A model generated the notes under the pieces. It was not told the origin of the DNA. It was given only the letters and a program-made list of their open reading frames with translations, and searched no databases. Shown in pieces: positions 45,201-56,782 of a stretch of 64,000 bases of DNA. Source of the stretch: Eledone cirrhosa. Lineage: Eukaryota. The DNA lies in the NCBI GenBank assembly GCA_964016885.1, contig OZ024741.1:410192001-410256000 (forward strand), in the 5' to 3' direction. The translations under genes and the position numbers were made by a program. Position 1 is the stretch's first letter. Each line of letters starts with the position of its first letter.

Positions 45201-48200
45201 GTGTAAAATATACACAGCAGTCAACACAGCAACTGTAGCTGTGTAAAATATACACAGCAGTCAACACTGCAACTGTAGCCGTGTAAAATATACACAGCAA
45301 TCAACACTCCAACTGTAGCTGTGTAAAATATACGCAGCAGTCAACTCTCCAACTGTAGCTGTGTAAAATATACACAGCAACTGTAGCTGTGTAAAATATA
45401 CACAGCAGTCAACACAGCAACTGTAGCTGTGTAAAATATACACAGCAGTCAACACAGCAACTGTAGCTGTATAAAATATACACAGCAGTCAACACAGCAA
45501 CTGTAGCTGTGTAAAATATACACAGCAGTCAACACAGCAACTGTAGCTGTGTAAAATATACACAGTAGTCAACACTGCAACTGTAGCTGTGTAAAATATA
45601 CACAGCAGTCAACACAGCAACTGTATCTGTGTAAAATATACGCAACAGTCAACACTCTAACTGTAGCTGTGTAAAATATACGCAGCAGTCAACACTCCAA
45701 CTGTAGCTGTGTAAAATATACACAGCAGTCAACACTGCAACTGTAGCTGTGTAAAATATACACAGCAGTCAACTCTCCAACTGTAGCTGTGTAAAATATA
45801 CACAGCAGTCAACACTCCAACTGTAGCTGTGTAAAATATACACAGCAGTCAACACTGCAACTGTAGCTGTGTAAAATATACACAGCAGTCAACTCTCCAA
45901 CTGTAGCTGTGTAAAATATACGCAGCAGTCAACACTGCAGCTGTAGCTGTGTAAAATATACGCAGCAGTCAACACTGCAACTGTAGCTGTGTAAAATATA
46001 CACAGCAATCAACACTGCAACTGTAGCTGTGTAAAATATACACAGCAATCAACACTGCAGCTGTAGCTGTGTAAAATATACACAGCAGTCAACACAGCAA
46101 CTGTAGCTGTGTAAAATATACACAGCAATCAACACTGCAGCTGTAGCTGTGTAAAATATACACAGCAATCAACACTGCAACTGTAGCTGTGTAAAATATA
46201 CACAGCAGTCGACACAGCAACTGTAGATGTGTAAAATATACACAGCAATCAACACTGCAACTGTAGCTGTGTAAAATATACACAGCAATCAACACAGCAA
46301 CTGTAGCTGTGTAAAATATACACAGCAATCAACACTGCAACTGTAGCTGTGTAAAGTATACACAGCAGTCAACACAGCAACTGTAGCTGTGTAAAATATA
46401 CGCAGCAGTCAACACAGCAACTGTAGCTGTGTAAAATATACGCAGCAGTCAACACAGCAACTGTAGCTGTGTAAAATATACGCAGCAATCAACACTGCAG
46501 CTGTAGCTGTGTAAAATATACACAGCAGTCAACACAGCAACTGTAGCTGTGTAAAATATACACAGCAATCAACACTGCAGCTGTAGCTGTGTAAAATATA
46601 CACAGCAATCAACACTGCAACTGTAGCTGTGTAAAATATACACAGCAGTCGACACAGCAACTGTAGATGTGTAAAATATACACAGCAATCAACACTGCAA
46701 CTGTAGCTGTGTAAAATATACACAGCAATCAACACAGCAACTGTAGCTGTGTAAAATATACACAGCAATCAACACTGCAACTGTAGCTGTGTAAAGTATA
46801 CACAGCAGTCAACACAGCAACTGTAGCTGTGTAAAATATACACAGCAATCAACACTGCAACTGTAGCTGTGTAAAGTATACACAGCAGTCAACACAGCAA
46901 CTGTAGCTGTGTAAAATATACACAGCAGTCGACACAGCAACTGTAGATGTGTAAAATATACACAGCAATCAACACTGCAACTGTAGCTGTGTAAAATATA
47001 CACAGCAATCAACACAGCAACTGTAGCTGTGTAAAATATACACAGCAGTCAACACAGCTACTGTAGCTGTGTAAAATATACGCAGCAATCAACACTCCAA
47101 CTGTAGCTGTGTAAAATATACACAGCAGTCAACACAGCAACTGTAGCTGTGTAAAATATACACAGCAATCAACACTCCAACTGTAGCTGTGTAAAATATA
47201 CACAGCAGTCAACACAGCAACTGTAGCTGTGTAAAATATACGCAGCAATCAACACTGCAACTGTAGCTGTGTAAAGTATACACAGCAGTCAACACAGCAA
47301 CTGTAGCTGTGTAAAATATACGCAGCAATCAACACTGCAACTGTAGCTGTGTAAAATATACACAGCAGTCAACACAGCAACTGTAGCTGTGTAAAATATA
47401 CGCAGCAATCAACACTGCAACTGTAGCTGTGTAAAATATACACAGCAATCAACACTGCAACTGTAGCTGTGTAAAATATACACAGCAGTCAACACAGCAA
47501 CTGTAGCTGTGTAAAATATACGCAGCAGTCAACACAGCAACTGTAGCTGTGTAAAATATACGCAGCAATCAACTCTCCAACTGTAGCTGTGTAAAATATA
47601 CACAGCAATCAACACTGCAACTGTAGCTGTGTAAAATATACACAGCAGTCAACACAGCAACTGTAGCTGTGTAAAATATACGCAGCAGTCAACACTGCAA
47701 CTGTAGCTGTGTAAAATATACGCAGCAATCAACACTGCAACTGTAGCTGTGTAAAATATACACAGCAATCAACACTGCAACTGTAGCTGTGTAAAATATA
47801 CACAGCAGTCAACACAGCAACTGTAGCTGTGTAAAATATACGCAGCAGTCAACACAGCAACTGTAGCTGTGTAAAATATACGCAGCAGTCAACACAGCAA
47901 CTGTAGCTGTGTAAAATATACACAGCAGTCAACACATCAACTGTAGCTGTGTAAAATATACACAGCAGTCAACACAGAAACTGTAGCTGAGTAAAATATA
48001 CACAGCAGTCAACACAGCAACTGTAGCTGTGTAAAATATACACAGCAGTCAACACTGCAACTGTAGCCGTGTAAAATATACACAGCAATCAACACTCCAA
48101 CTGTAGCTGTGTAAAATATACGCAGCAGTCAACTCTCCAACTGTAGCTGTGTAAAATATACACAGCAACTGTAGCTGTGTAAAATATACACAGCAGTCAA

Positions 48201-50096
48201 CACAGCAACTGTAGCTGTGTAAAATATACACAGCAGTCAACACAGCAACTGTAGCTGTATAAAATATACACAGCAGTCAACACAGCAACTGTAGCTGTGT
48301 AAAATATACACAGCAGTCAACACAGCAACTGTAGCTGTGTAAAATATACACAGTAGTCAACACTGCAACTGTAGCTGTGTAAAATATACACACCAGTCAA
48401 CACAGCAACTGTATCTGTGTAAAATATACGCAGCAGTCAACACTCTAACTGTAGCTGTGTAAAATATACGCAGCAGTCAACACTCCAACTGTAGCTGTGT
48501 AAAATATACACAGCAGTCAACACTGCAACTGTAGCTGTGTAAAATATACACAGCAGTCAACTCTCCAACTGTAGCTGTGTAAAATATACACAGCAGTCAA
48601 CACTCCAACTGTAGCTGTGTAAAATATACACAGCAGTCAACACTGCAACTGTAGCTGTGTAAAATATACACAGCAGTCAACTCTCCAACTGTAGCTGTGT
48701 AAAATATACGCAGCAGTCAACACTGCAGCTGTAGCTGTGTAAAATATACGCAGCAGTCAACACAGCAACTGTAGCTGTGTAAAATATACACAGCAATCAA
48801 CACTGCAACTGTAGCTGTGTAAAATATACACAGCAATCAACACTGCAACTGTAGCTGTGTAAAATATACACAGCAATCAACACTGCAACTGTAGCTGTGT
48901 AAAATATACACAGTAATCAACACTGCAACTGTAGCTGTGTAAAATATACACAGCAATCAACACTGCAACTGTAGCTGTGTAAAATATACGCAGCAGTCAA
49001 CACAGCAACTGTAGCTGTGTAAAATATACGCAGCAGTCAACACAGCAACTGTAGCTGTGTAAAATATACACAGCAGTCAACACATCAACTGTAGCTGTGT
49101 AAAATATACACAGCAGTCAACACAGAAACTGTAGCTGTGTAAAATATACACAGCAGTCAACACAGCAACTGTAGCTGTGTAAAATATACACAGCAGTCAA
49201 CACTGCAACTGTAGCCGTGTAAAATATACACAGCAATCAACACTCCAACTGTAGCTGTGTAAAATATACGCAGCAGTCAACTCTCCAACTGTAGCTGTGT
49301 AAAATATACACAGCAACTGTAGCTGTGTAAAATATACACAGCAGTCAACACAGCAACTGTAGCTGTGTAAAATATACACAGCAGTCAACACAGCAACTGT
49401 AGCTGTATAAAATATACACAGCAGTCAACACAGCAACTGTAGCTGTGTAAAATATACACAGCAGTCAACACAGCAACTGTAGCTGTGTAAAATATACACA
49501 GTAGTCAACACTGCAACTGTAGCTGTGTAAAATATACACAGCAGTCAACACAGCAACTGTATCTGTGTAAAATATACGCAGCAGTCAACACTCTAACTGT
49601 AGCTGTGTAAAATATACGCAGCAGTCAACACTCCAACTGTAGCTGTGTAAAATATACACAGCAGTCAACACTGCAACTGTAGCTGTGTAAAATATACACA
49701 GCAGTCAACTCTCCAACTGTAGCTGTGTAAAATATACACAGCAGTCAACACTCCAACTGTAGCTGTGTAAAATATACACAGCAGTCAACACTGCAACTGT
49801 AGCTGTGTAAAATATACACAGCAGTCAACTCTCCAACTGTAGCTGTGTAAAATATACGCAGCAGTCAACACTGCAGCTGTAGCTGTGTAAAATATACGCA
49901 GCAGTCAACACAGCAACTGTAGCTGTGTAAAATATACACAGCAATCAACACTGCAACTGTAGCTGTGTAAAATATACACAGCAATCAACACTGCAACTGT
50001 AGCTGTGTAAAATATACACAGCAATCAACACTGCAACTGTAGCTGTGTAAAATATACACAGCAATCAACACTGCAACTGTAGCTGTGTAAAATATA
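39209..50096. repeat. 40-bp satellite, ~270 monomers, with higher-order repeats
   Basis: Consensus CAGCAACTGTAGCTGTGTAAAATATACACAGCAGTCAACA with internal dyad GCTGTGTA/TACACAGC. Confidence 0.98.
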
Positions 50097-50496
50097 TTTA
50101 GCAGCATAGTATATAAATGTTATTGAGACACGATTAACATAATAATGATGTCAACAGCAGAAATTAGAGATGAAATGTATGTTTTTTTTTGTTGTAGCAC
50201 AAATAATGTTTGTTAACTTGTATGGTTGAAGTTACACATAAAATGAGGTCACAAAAGGGAATGTGCCATTGTGCCGGAAAGCCGGCAGGCCAAAGTGCAA
50301 AATCTCACCGTCACATGTACGTGTTGCTGGTTCGAAGTTCCGTGTGCGAGAGAGAGATTCTTCAAATCTTCACGGGGAATTTCTCCCCCAAGGCGCGTAG
50401 GGATACATCCTCTTCTACTGGCGTTGATTGGCTGAGCTGAGCCAAATCACGCACAGAGAATGTATGTGAGCTCGAGGAATGTAGGTCACTACGATA

Positions 50497-50506
50497 CTCC
50501 CCCTCT
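50497..50506 (-). promoter_or_regulatory. Polypurine tract
   Basis: AGAGGGGGAG on the minus strand, just before the 3' LTR. Confidence 0.8.
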
Positions 50507-51913
50507 AGACGGAAGACGATACAGATTACTGAATCAGCAAGAAAAAATGCTGAAAGAGCACATCAGTGAAAAAATAATTGAGCAGAAGGATGTATGCAAG
50601 AAAAAAAATGAGGCGCTAAGGGCAGTGTTGAGCCGCTGTGTCAAAAGACTAGCTGTTTTGTAGTTTATACGTGACCACCAAAGGTCTAACAGAAAACGGA
50701 TAAAGTCTGACATGGGCGAAGTTGCTGTTCTTGCATTCAATGTTAATGGTAAGTGTTGTACCAGTAGCTGTGGGTGAAGCTATTATGGTAGTTTACCAGT
50801 GCTGGCAAGAAGATGATGGGTAGGCGAGAAAATGTTGGCCTCCCAGATGTATTGCCGAATCTGCTAGGGAGGCAGGAAAAAATGGCTGGTTGCTTTGAAA
50901 AGAAAAAAGCAAGTTGAATCTGTAGGTGGGTAGTAGTTTCAGTGTAAATTCCATAATTCCGGCGAATCCACAGAAGTGGTGGAAATGCTGACAAGTCCAG
51001 TTCTATTTGTTGTTTTCCCAGTGAGTCGGGTAAGGTAACAAGATGGAGGTTGTTATGGACGATGAGTGTGCAACGAGATGCGAAACTGTTTGAGTTCAGC
51101 TGCAATTAGCATTCTCGTGTTGCGGTGCCTGTTTGAATCCAGGTGAATTAAGCTCTATGAGTTGCTAGCATGTGACGACACCTCAACCAGGTGAAAAGGG
51201 ATCTCGCAGAATATTACGTTTGAAGAACATATACTAAGAACAACATATTGGTGGGTGACAAAGAAATGTGTGCATATGCAGGCATGTAATACAACAAATA
51301 AATGTGTGGGTGCAGTCATATATACAATGATAAAGAAAATGATGCAGTCATATATACAATGATTGAAAAAAATGAATTTCCATATAATACAGTTTAAAAA
51401 AAATAAATGTCCAAAATAAATGCCTGAAAAAAAAGGAAGAAAGAAAGAATTGTTTCTCTTCTTTTAACAAAAAGTTCGCTTTTCTTTTCTTTGAAATTTC
51501 TTTGGGATCGCTCTTACTAGGGAGCTAGTAGAGTTGTTGTTGTTGTTAAAGCAAAGTCACAATGAATCTTCTGTAGAGTCGAAGTCGAGCGTTGAAGAAA
51601 CTAGAGTCACCAATATGGCAGCCATGTCTGACGCCATAGTGGTGAGAAGACTGATGTCTTAATTTCTGGAGTCCTTGTGGTAACGAGACAGAAGGTATGG
51701 TGGTTGCGTCGGTAAAGTTACAAGCTGCCACATCGCCATTCCCTGGTGCTGGTTAGTAGTTAGCCATGTGTTGCTGCTGATGGCTGATAGTAGAGAAGTA
51801 CTTGGTGGTAGCCGTTTTGAAATTTCCTCGTGGCGTAAATTTCTTTTCTTTTTATACATACACTGCCAATTTTAATCTCATTTCAAAAGGAATATTTTGA
51901 ACTGAAAATATTC

Positions 51914-51931
51914 ATCACGTCGGGGTCACCA
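51914..51931 (-). promoter_or_regulatory. Primer-binding site complementary to tRNA-Trp
   Basis: TGGTGACCCCGACGTGAT begins 2 nt after the 5' LTR; it complements the eukaryotic tRNA-Trp 3' end AUCACGUCGGGGUCACCA. Confidence 0.9.
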
Positions 51932-52332
51932 CTTTTAGCAGAGTAGTATATAAATCTTATTGAGACACGAGTAACATAATAATGATGCAACAGCAGAAAT
52001 TAGAGATGAAATGTATGTTTATTTTTGTTGTAGCACAAATAATGTTTGTTAACTTGTATGGTTGAAGTTACACATAAAATGAGGTTACAAAAGGGAATGT
52101 GCCATTGTGCCGGAAAGCCGGCAGGCCAAAGTGCAAAATCTCACCGTCACATGTTGTACGTGTTGCTGGTTCGAAGTTCCGGGTGCGAGAGAGAGATTCT
52201 TCAAATCTTCGCGGGGAATTTCTCCCTCAAGGCGCGTAGAGATACATCCTCTTCTACTGGCATTGATTGGCCGAGATAAGCCAAATCACGCACAGAGAAT
52301 GTATGTGAGCCCGCGGAATGTAGGTCACTACA

Positions 52333-52710
52333 TATACACAGCAGTCAACACTCCAACTGTAGCTGTGTAAAATATACGCAGCAGTCGACACAGCAACTGT
52401 AGCTGTGCAAAATATACACAGCAGTCAACTCAGCAACTGTAGCTGTGTAAAATATACACAGCAGTCAACACAGCAACTGTAGCTGTGTAAAATATACACA
52501 GCAGTCAACACAGCAACTGTAGCTGTGTAAAATGTACACAGCAGTCAACACAGCAACTGTAGCTGTGTAAAATATATGCAGCAGTCAACACAGCAACTGT
52601 AGCTGTGTAAAATATATGCAGCAGTCAACACAGCAACTGAAGCTGTGTAAAATATATGCAGCAGTCAACGCAGCAACTGTAGCTGTGTAAAATATATGTG
52701 GCAGTCAACA
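52333..52710. repeat. 40-bp satellite, right arm (~9 more diverged monomers)
   Basis: Same consensus with private variants (AATATATGCA, AATGTACACA). Confidence 0.95.
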
Positions 52711-53240
52711 GGTTAGTTTGTCAAGTTGTACGAGATGGTCTTTTGGCTGCTATTCCTAGCAGCATTATAAGCCTGACTCATAGTCCTAATATGTGAGGGA
52801 AATTTTTGATCATGTAACACTATGCGTGTTTTTATCCCAGCAAATGAAACAGTATCTATGATTTCTTGGTCAATTTCTCTTAGCTTTTGAAGAATTAAAC
52901 TCCCCTGAAGAGTATTGCGGATTCTTCAATTATTGATGGTTCCAATAAGAGTTCTTTCCCATATAAAACTATGGTAGTGAGGTCTATATAGAAGTTTAGA
53001 TAGAATAATTTTGTTGTTTGTACTCCTAGAATTAGAGTTTGTTCTTATTTAATTAGTATTGCTTCTCTCGAGATTTCTCTCATTCAGATGTTTAAGTATT
53101 AGAGACTAATCAACCTTTAATTAATATATATATATATATATATATAATTAAGAGACAAAGCAAGTCGACAAGACTGGATGTAGCTCCGGTCGTTTCCTCA
53201 ATCACTCAAAGTTCAATTAAGTTGGTATTATTAGAATTTA

Positions 53241-53432
53241 AGGGCGGTGGACTGGGATTATCGGTAGAAGGTCGGACGCCAGGCTTTGCAGCATAGAGTT
53301 ACGGCCCTTTATGGTCTGAGTTCAAATCCCGCCGAGGTTAACTTTGCCTTTCATCCTTACGGGGTCGATAAAATAAAGTACCAGTAATGCACTGGGGTAA
53401 TTGCTGGCCTTGAGCCAAAAGTAGAAACAATT
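53241..53432 (+). mobile_element. tRNA-derived SINE, full length
   Basis: Same family as 1006-1378. Confidence 0.85.
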
Positions 53433-53500
53433 ATTAAAATTTAAACCAGGATGGCCAGAGTGTACATGACTGCCCCAACAGTTTCTGCAGTGCTAACCTG

Positions 53501-53692
53501 CTGGCAGTGTACCGAAAGGTGCGTCTGGCAGTGTACTGAAAAGTGCATCTGGCAGTGTACTGAAAGGTGCATCTGGCAGTGTACTGAAATGTGCATCTGG
53601 CAGTGTACCGAAAGATGCATCTGGCAGTGTACTGAAAGGTGCATCTGGCAGTGTACTGAAAGGTGTATCTGGCAGTGCACTGAAAGGTGCAT
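53501..53692. repeat. 24-bp minisatellite, 8 copies
   Basis: CTGGCAGTGTACTGAAAGGTGCAT. Confidence 0.95.
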
Positions 53693-53959
53693 CCATGTGC
53701 AGGAACGGCGACGCATAACAACAACAGGCTGCCACGATCGTCTCTGGGTCAAGAACAAAAATACACTTTTTTCTTCTCTGTTTTTTTCTTTGCTTTTTTC
53801 TTTAAAGCCTCTTGAAATGTGTTTACCATCATTCCTTTGGTATACAACTATTGTGCAATATACATCTGAAGATGTCATCGGGGTCATACGCAGCCTGGCC
53901 ACTGAAATGTGCAAAGTGTTTGCAGGAATAAATAATTAAGGGAATTCAACCTGTCTGGC

Positions 53960-54572
53960 CTCATCATTTTACGTCCGCTTTTCCCCTCATGCAAGGGTGG
54001 GATGGATCCTCTTCAGCGCAGCATCTCTCCATTCATCACAGTCCCTCATCATCTCCTCCGTGAGCTTCAGCGATCTGAAGTCAGCTCTCACCACCTCCGC
54101 TCATGATTCTTGTGGTCTTCCTTCCATCGGGATTTCTTGGCACTTCTTCACTCAGCAGTCATCTTTCATGCACATCACATGTCCATACCAACGCAGTCTT
54201 CTCTCCTGCACACTAAATCTAATCCCTCTTATACACAGTTTCACTCTCAACTCGTCCATGCTTGGTCGTTCATGCACATTGACATTGCACATCCATCGGA
54301 GCATGCTTCATTTCTCTCCAGCCTCGCATATCCTCCACAGTTGCTGCCCATGTCTCATTACCATGCAGCATCGCGCATCTCACACAGGATTCATATGACT
54401 GACGTTTCATTCGTAGGGAGAAACCCTTCGTTGTCAACAGAGGAAGCAGCTCCCTAAACTTCTTCCATCCTGTCCTTATTCTAGATACTATGGCCTCGGA
54501 GCATCCTCCTCCCGTGCTAATCTGATCACCTAGGTACCGGAAGCTATTAATCACCTCTATAGATCCTACCTG
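53960..54572 (-). pseudogene. RTE-clade LINE 3' end
   Basis: ORF 54270-54674 contains FRYLGDQI, RIRTGWKKFRELLPLL and YESCVRCAMLHGNETW; tail GGACGTAAAATGATGA. Confidence 0.85.
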
Positions 54573-54676
54573 CAAAAATATGTCTATCACTGACACTTCT
54601 ACCATCAATTTTCTCTGAATATATATATATATATATATGAGAATCTGATCTATATTAAAACCATATATATACATAT

Positions 54677-55013
54677 ATAGTATAAAGAAAACGAAAAATC
54701 AGTGATACACCTGGACTTAGTTTATTGCGTGTTACAATTGTTTCGCCGGCAGGTAGCTCGAGACATGGTCTTTGTATGGATCTGGCTGATTCTACTTCTG
54801 CAGGTTCTTTCAGACACGGGTGTTATGTCCGGAGCAAATTTTATCACTAAATTTGCTCCGGACATAACACCCGTGTCTGAAAGAACCCGCAGAAGTAGAA
54901 TCAGCCAGATCCATACAAAGACCATGTCTCGAGCTACCTGCCGGCGAAACAATTGTAACACGCAATAAACTAAGTCCAGGTGTATCACTGATTTTTCGTT
55001 TTCTTTATACTAT
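54677..55013. repeat. 337-bp near-perfect palindrome (PLE-type fold-back)
   Basis: ~165-bp arms, 7-nt loop TATCACT, about one mismatch. Confidence 0.95.
54872..54962 (+). ncRNA. Hammerhead motif with a 1-nt core insertion (mirror copy at 54728-54818, -)
   Basis: CGTGT-CTGAAAGA-[long helix II with GCAG..GTAG/CTAC.CTGC]-GAAA-CAATTG-TA-ACACG, then AATAAA. Confidence 0.7.
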
Positions 55014-55297
55014 CTACACTCTACTCTGCTGAATATCGAGTGCTAATTTTGGCATACCGCCTATGGAAGCACCATAGCTACCATTATACACAACTATATA
55101 CATATATATATATATTCATTTTATTAAGGCTAAATAGCAAGTCTTGTCATATATATCCTCCTCACTTGACTGTAGAGTCTTTCCTCTTTTTGTTTGTAGT
55201 CGTCATTTCAATATTGTATATTCTCAAAGTATGAAATATATTTTTACTTTCTGTTTACAATAAATTTCTTCATGTTTGTCAAATAATATCAACTTGT

Positions 55298-55467
55298 CAT
55301 TGGTTGCAGGGTGGGGTGGTTATATCCTGGATGACAGGCATTGGTTGCAGGGTGGGGTGGTTATATCCTGGATGACAGGCATTGGTTGCAGGGTGGGGTG
55401 GTTATATCCTGGATGACAGGCATTGGTTGCAGGGTGGGGTGGTTATATCCTGGATGACAGGCATTGG
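55298..55467. repeat. 41-bp G-rich minisatellite, 4 identical copies
   Basis: CATTGGTTGCAGGGTGGGGTGGTTATATCCTGGATGACAGG. Confidence 0.95.
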
Positions 55468-56019
55468 CTGATTCAAACACACACACGTATAGACACACAC
55501 ACGTATAGACACACGCACATGTATAGACACACACACACATATATATACACACACATAGAGACACTGACACACACACACATATATAGACACAGACAGACAC
55601 ACGCTGTGGTGTATATGTATAGTTATATCAATATATGTACATACACTTGTTTACACTGGTTTCAGTCATTAGACTGTGGCCATGCTGGGGCACCATCCTT
55701 GAAGAGATTTTTAGTTGAACATATTAACCCAGCACTCTTTTACTTATGTCAGGTGAGGCTTCTGTCTGCTGCTGGTAGCATGTAACCCAGTACAACCTAC
55801 TTCATGGTCAAATGGTCAGTGACTGAGCAAATTGGTTCACCCAGGTCAGGCTCTTGTCTCATTTGTGTAGAGTCTCATGTTCCAGGAGAGATTATCATAC
55901 CTTTCACACCACTTAGGGTCTTCCCAACCCTTTCTTTGGCAACATCTCTATAGCTGTATGCCCTTCTTATCACCAACCACTTGCTGTATATAACAAAGTT
56001 AATATAGAAAAATAGAAAT

Positions 56020-56071
56020 GGCTTCTACAGGACTAGAACTGTTTCATTCAAAGGAAATCATCAGGAAAGCC
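56020..56071 (-). ncRNA. Type I hammerhead ribozyme in a small fold-back element (~56010-56226)
   Basis: Minus strand GGCTTTC-CTGATGA-T.TTC.CTTT.GAA.T-GAAA-CAG.TTCTAGTC.CTG-TA-GAAGCC; partial inverted copy ~56190-56226; decayed copy ~60860-60906. Confidence 0.8.
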
Positions 56072-56384
56072 AACTGTCATTGTAATACGGTGGTATTTGT
56101 ATGTTTTCTGGTGGTGATTTTGAGGATGGGTGGAGGTCATTGGCCAAGGGATTTTAAAAAACAGCAATTCTTTGAAAAAACTGTTTTCAAATGAAACAAT
56201 TCTAGTCTTGTAGAAGCATTTCTATATCAAATTTGTTTACACTCTACTAATGTATTGAGTACCTTACTTACTGTGGTTATCCTCGATTGAACACATCATC
56301 ATCATCATCGTTTAACGTCTATCTTCCAGACGTTAAACGATGATGATGATGATGATGATGCCAGGACTCACATACATATATATA

Positions 56385-56571
56385 ACGAACGAAGAGTGGT
56401 AACGAAGCAGGTGGACCATAACGCACTAGAGTACTCGATACTTTGGGTAGTAGAGTGGGTAATAGAAAAATGTTCAGGACCCCGACGGCAGAGCTCAAGC
56501 CGTTTCGACGGCTATTTCAGAAATAGCCGTTGAAACGGCTTGAGCTCTGCCGTCGGGGTCCTGAACATTTT

Positions 56572-56574
<3 letters not shown>
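56385..56574 (-). mobile_element. Fold-back mini-insertion of the PLE family B tail
   Basis: Hairpin centred at ~56519 (CGGCTATTTC.A.GAAATAGCCG); (TA)n on both sides. Confidence 0.85.
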
Positions 56575-56632
<58 letters not shown>

Positions 56633-56748
56633 GATATTAAACGTTTAATATTGTTTAATATCGTAAAATACTCCAAAATCTGTTGAGTGCTTTTATATCA
56701 GTTATAAAATATTTACTCGTTGTAACCCAACATTTTAAATACAACTTT

Positions 56749-56782
<34 letters not shown>

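Larger units (their letters stand above)
50097..52332 (-). mobile_element. Non-autonomous or internally deleted LTR retrotransposon (Gypsy-like)
   Basis: Direct repeats 50097-50493 and 51934-52332; minus strand starts TGTAGTG; PBS and PPT in the correct positions; 4-bp TSD TATA; no recognisable pol. Confidence 0.88.
39046..52716. mobile_element. Putative piggyBac-like non-autonomous shell enclosing the satellite
   Basis: Left end TTAA|CCACTTCAGTGCC; right end GGCAGTCAACAGG|TTAG (reverse complement CTAA|CCTGTTGACTGCC); imperfect TIR and a TTAA-like target. Confidence 0.45.

Noticed and set aside
50743-51230. Possible piggyBac transposase remnant (FHLVEVS, FRISL, RLTG in a broken minus frame)
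   Set aside because: The matches are short, and the region lies between LTRs with a PBS and PPT, so it is LTR-element interior
51914-51931. tRNA-Trp gene
   Set aside because: Only the 3'-terminal 18 nt including CCA are present, next to an LTR; this is a primer-binding site
39209-52710. 40-bp array as a CRISPR array or as coding repeats (ORFs with LHSYSCCVDCC)
   Set aside because: No unique spacers, no cas genes and a eukaryotic context; the ORFs cycle through frames of a 40-bp unit
54702-54988. Two nearly identical 88-aa ORFs on opposite strands
   Set aside because: A trivial consequence of the DNA palindrome
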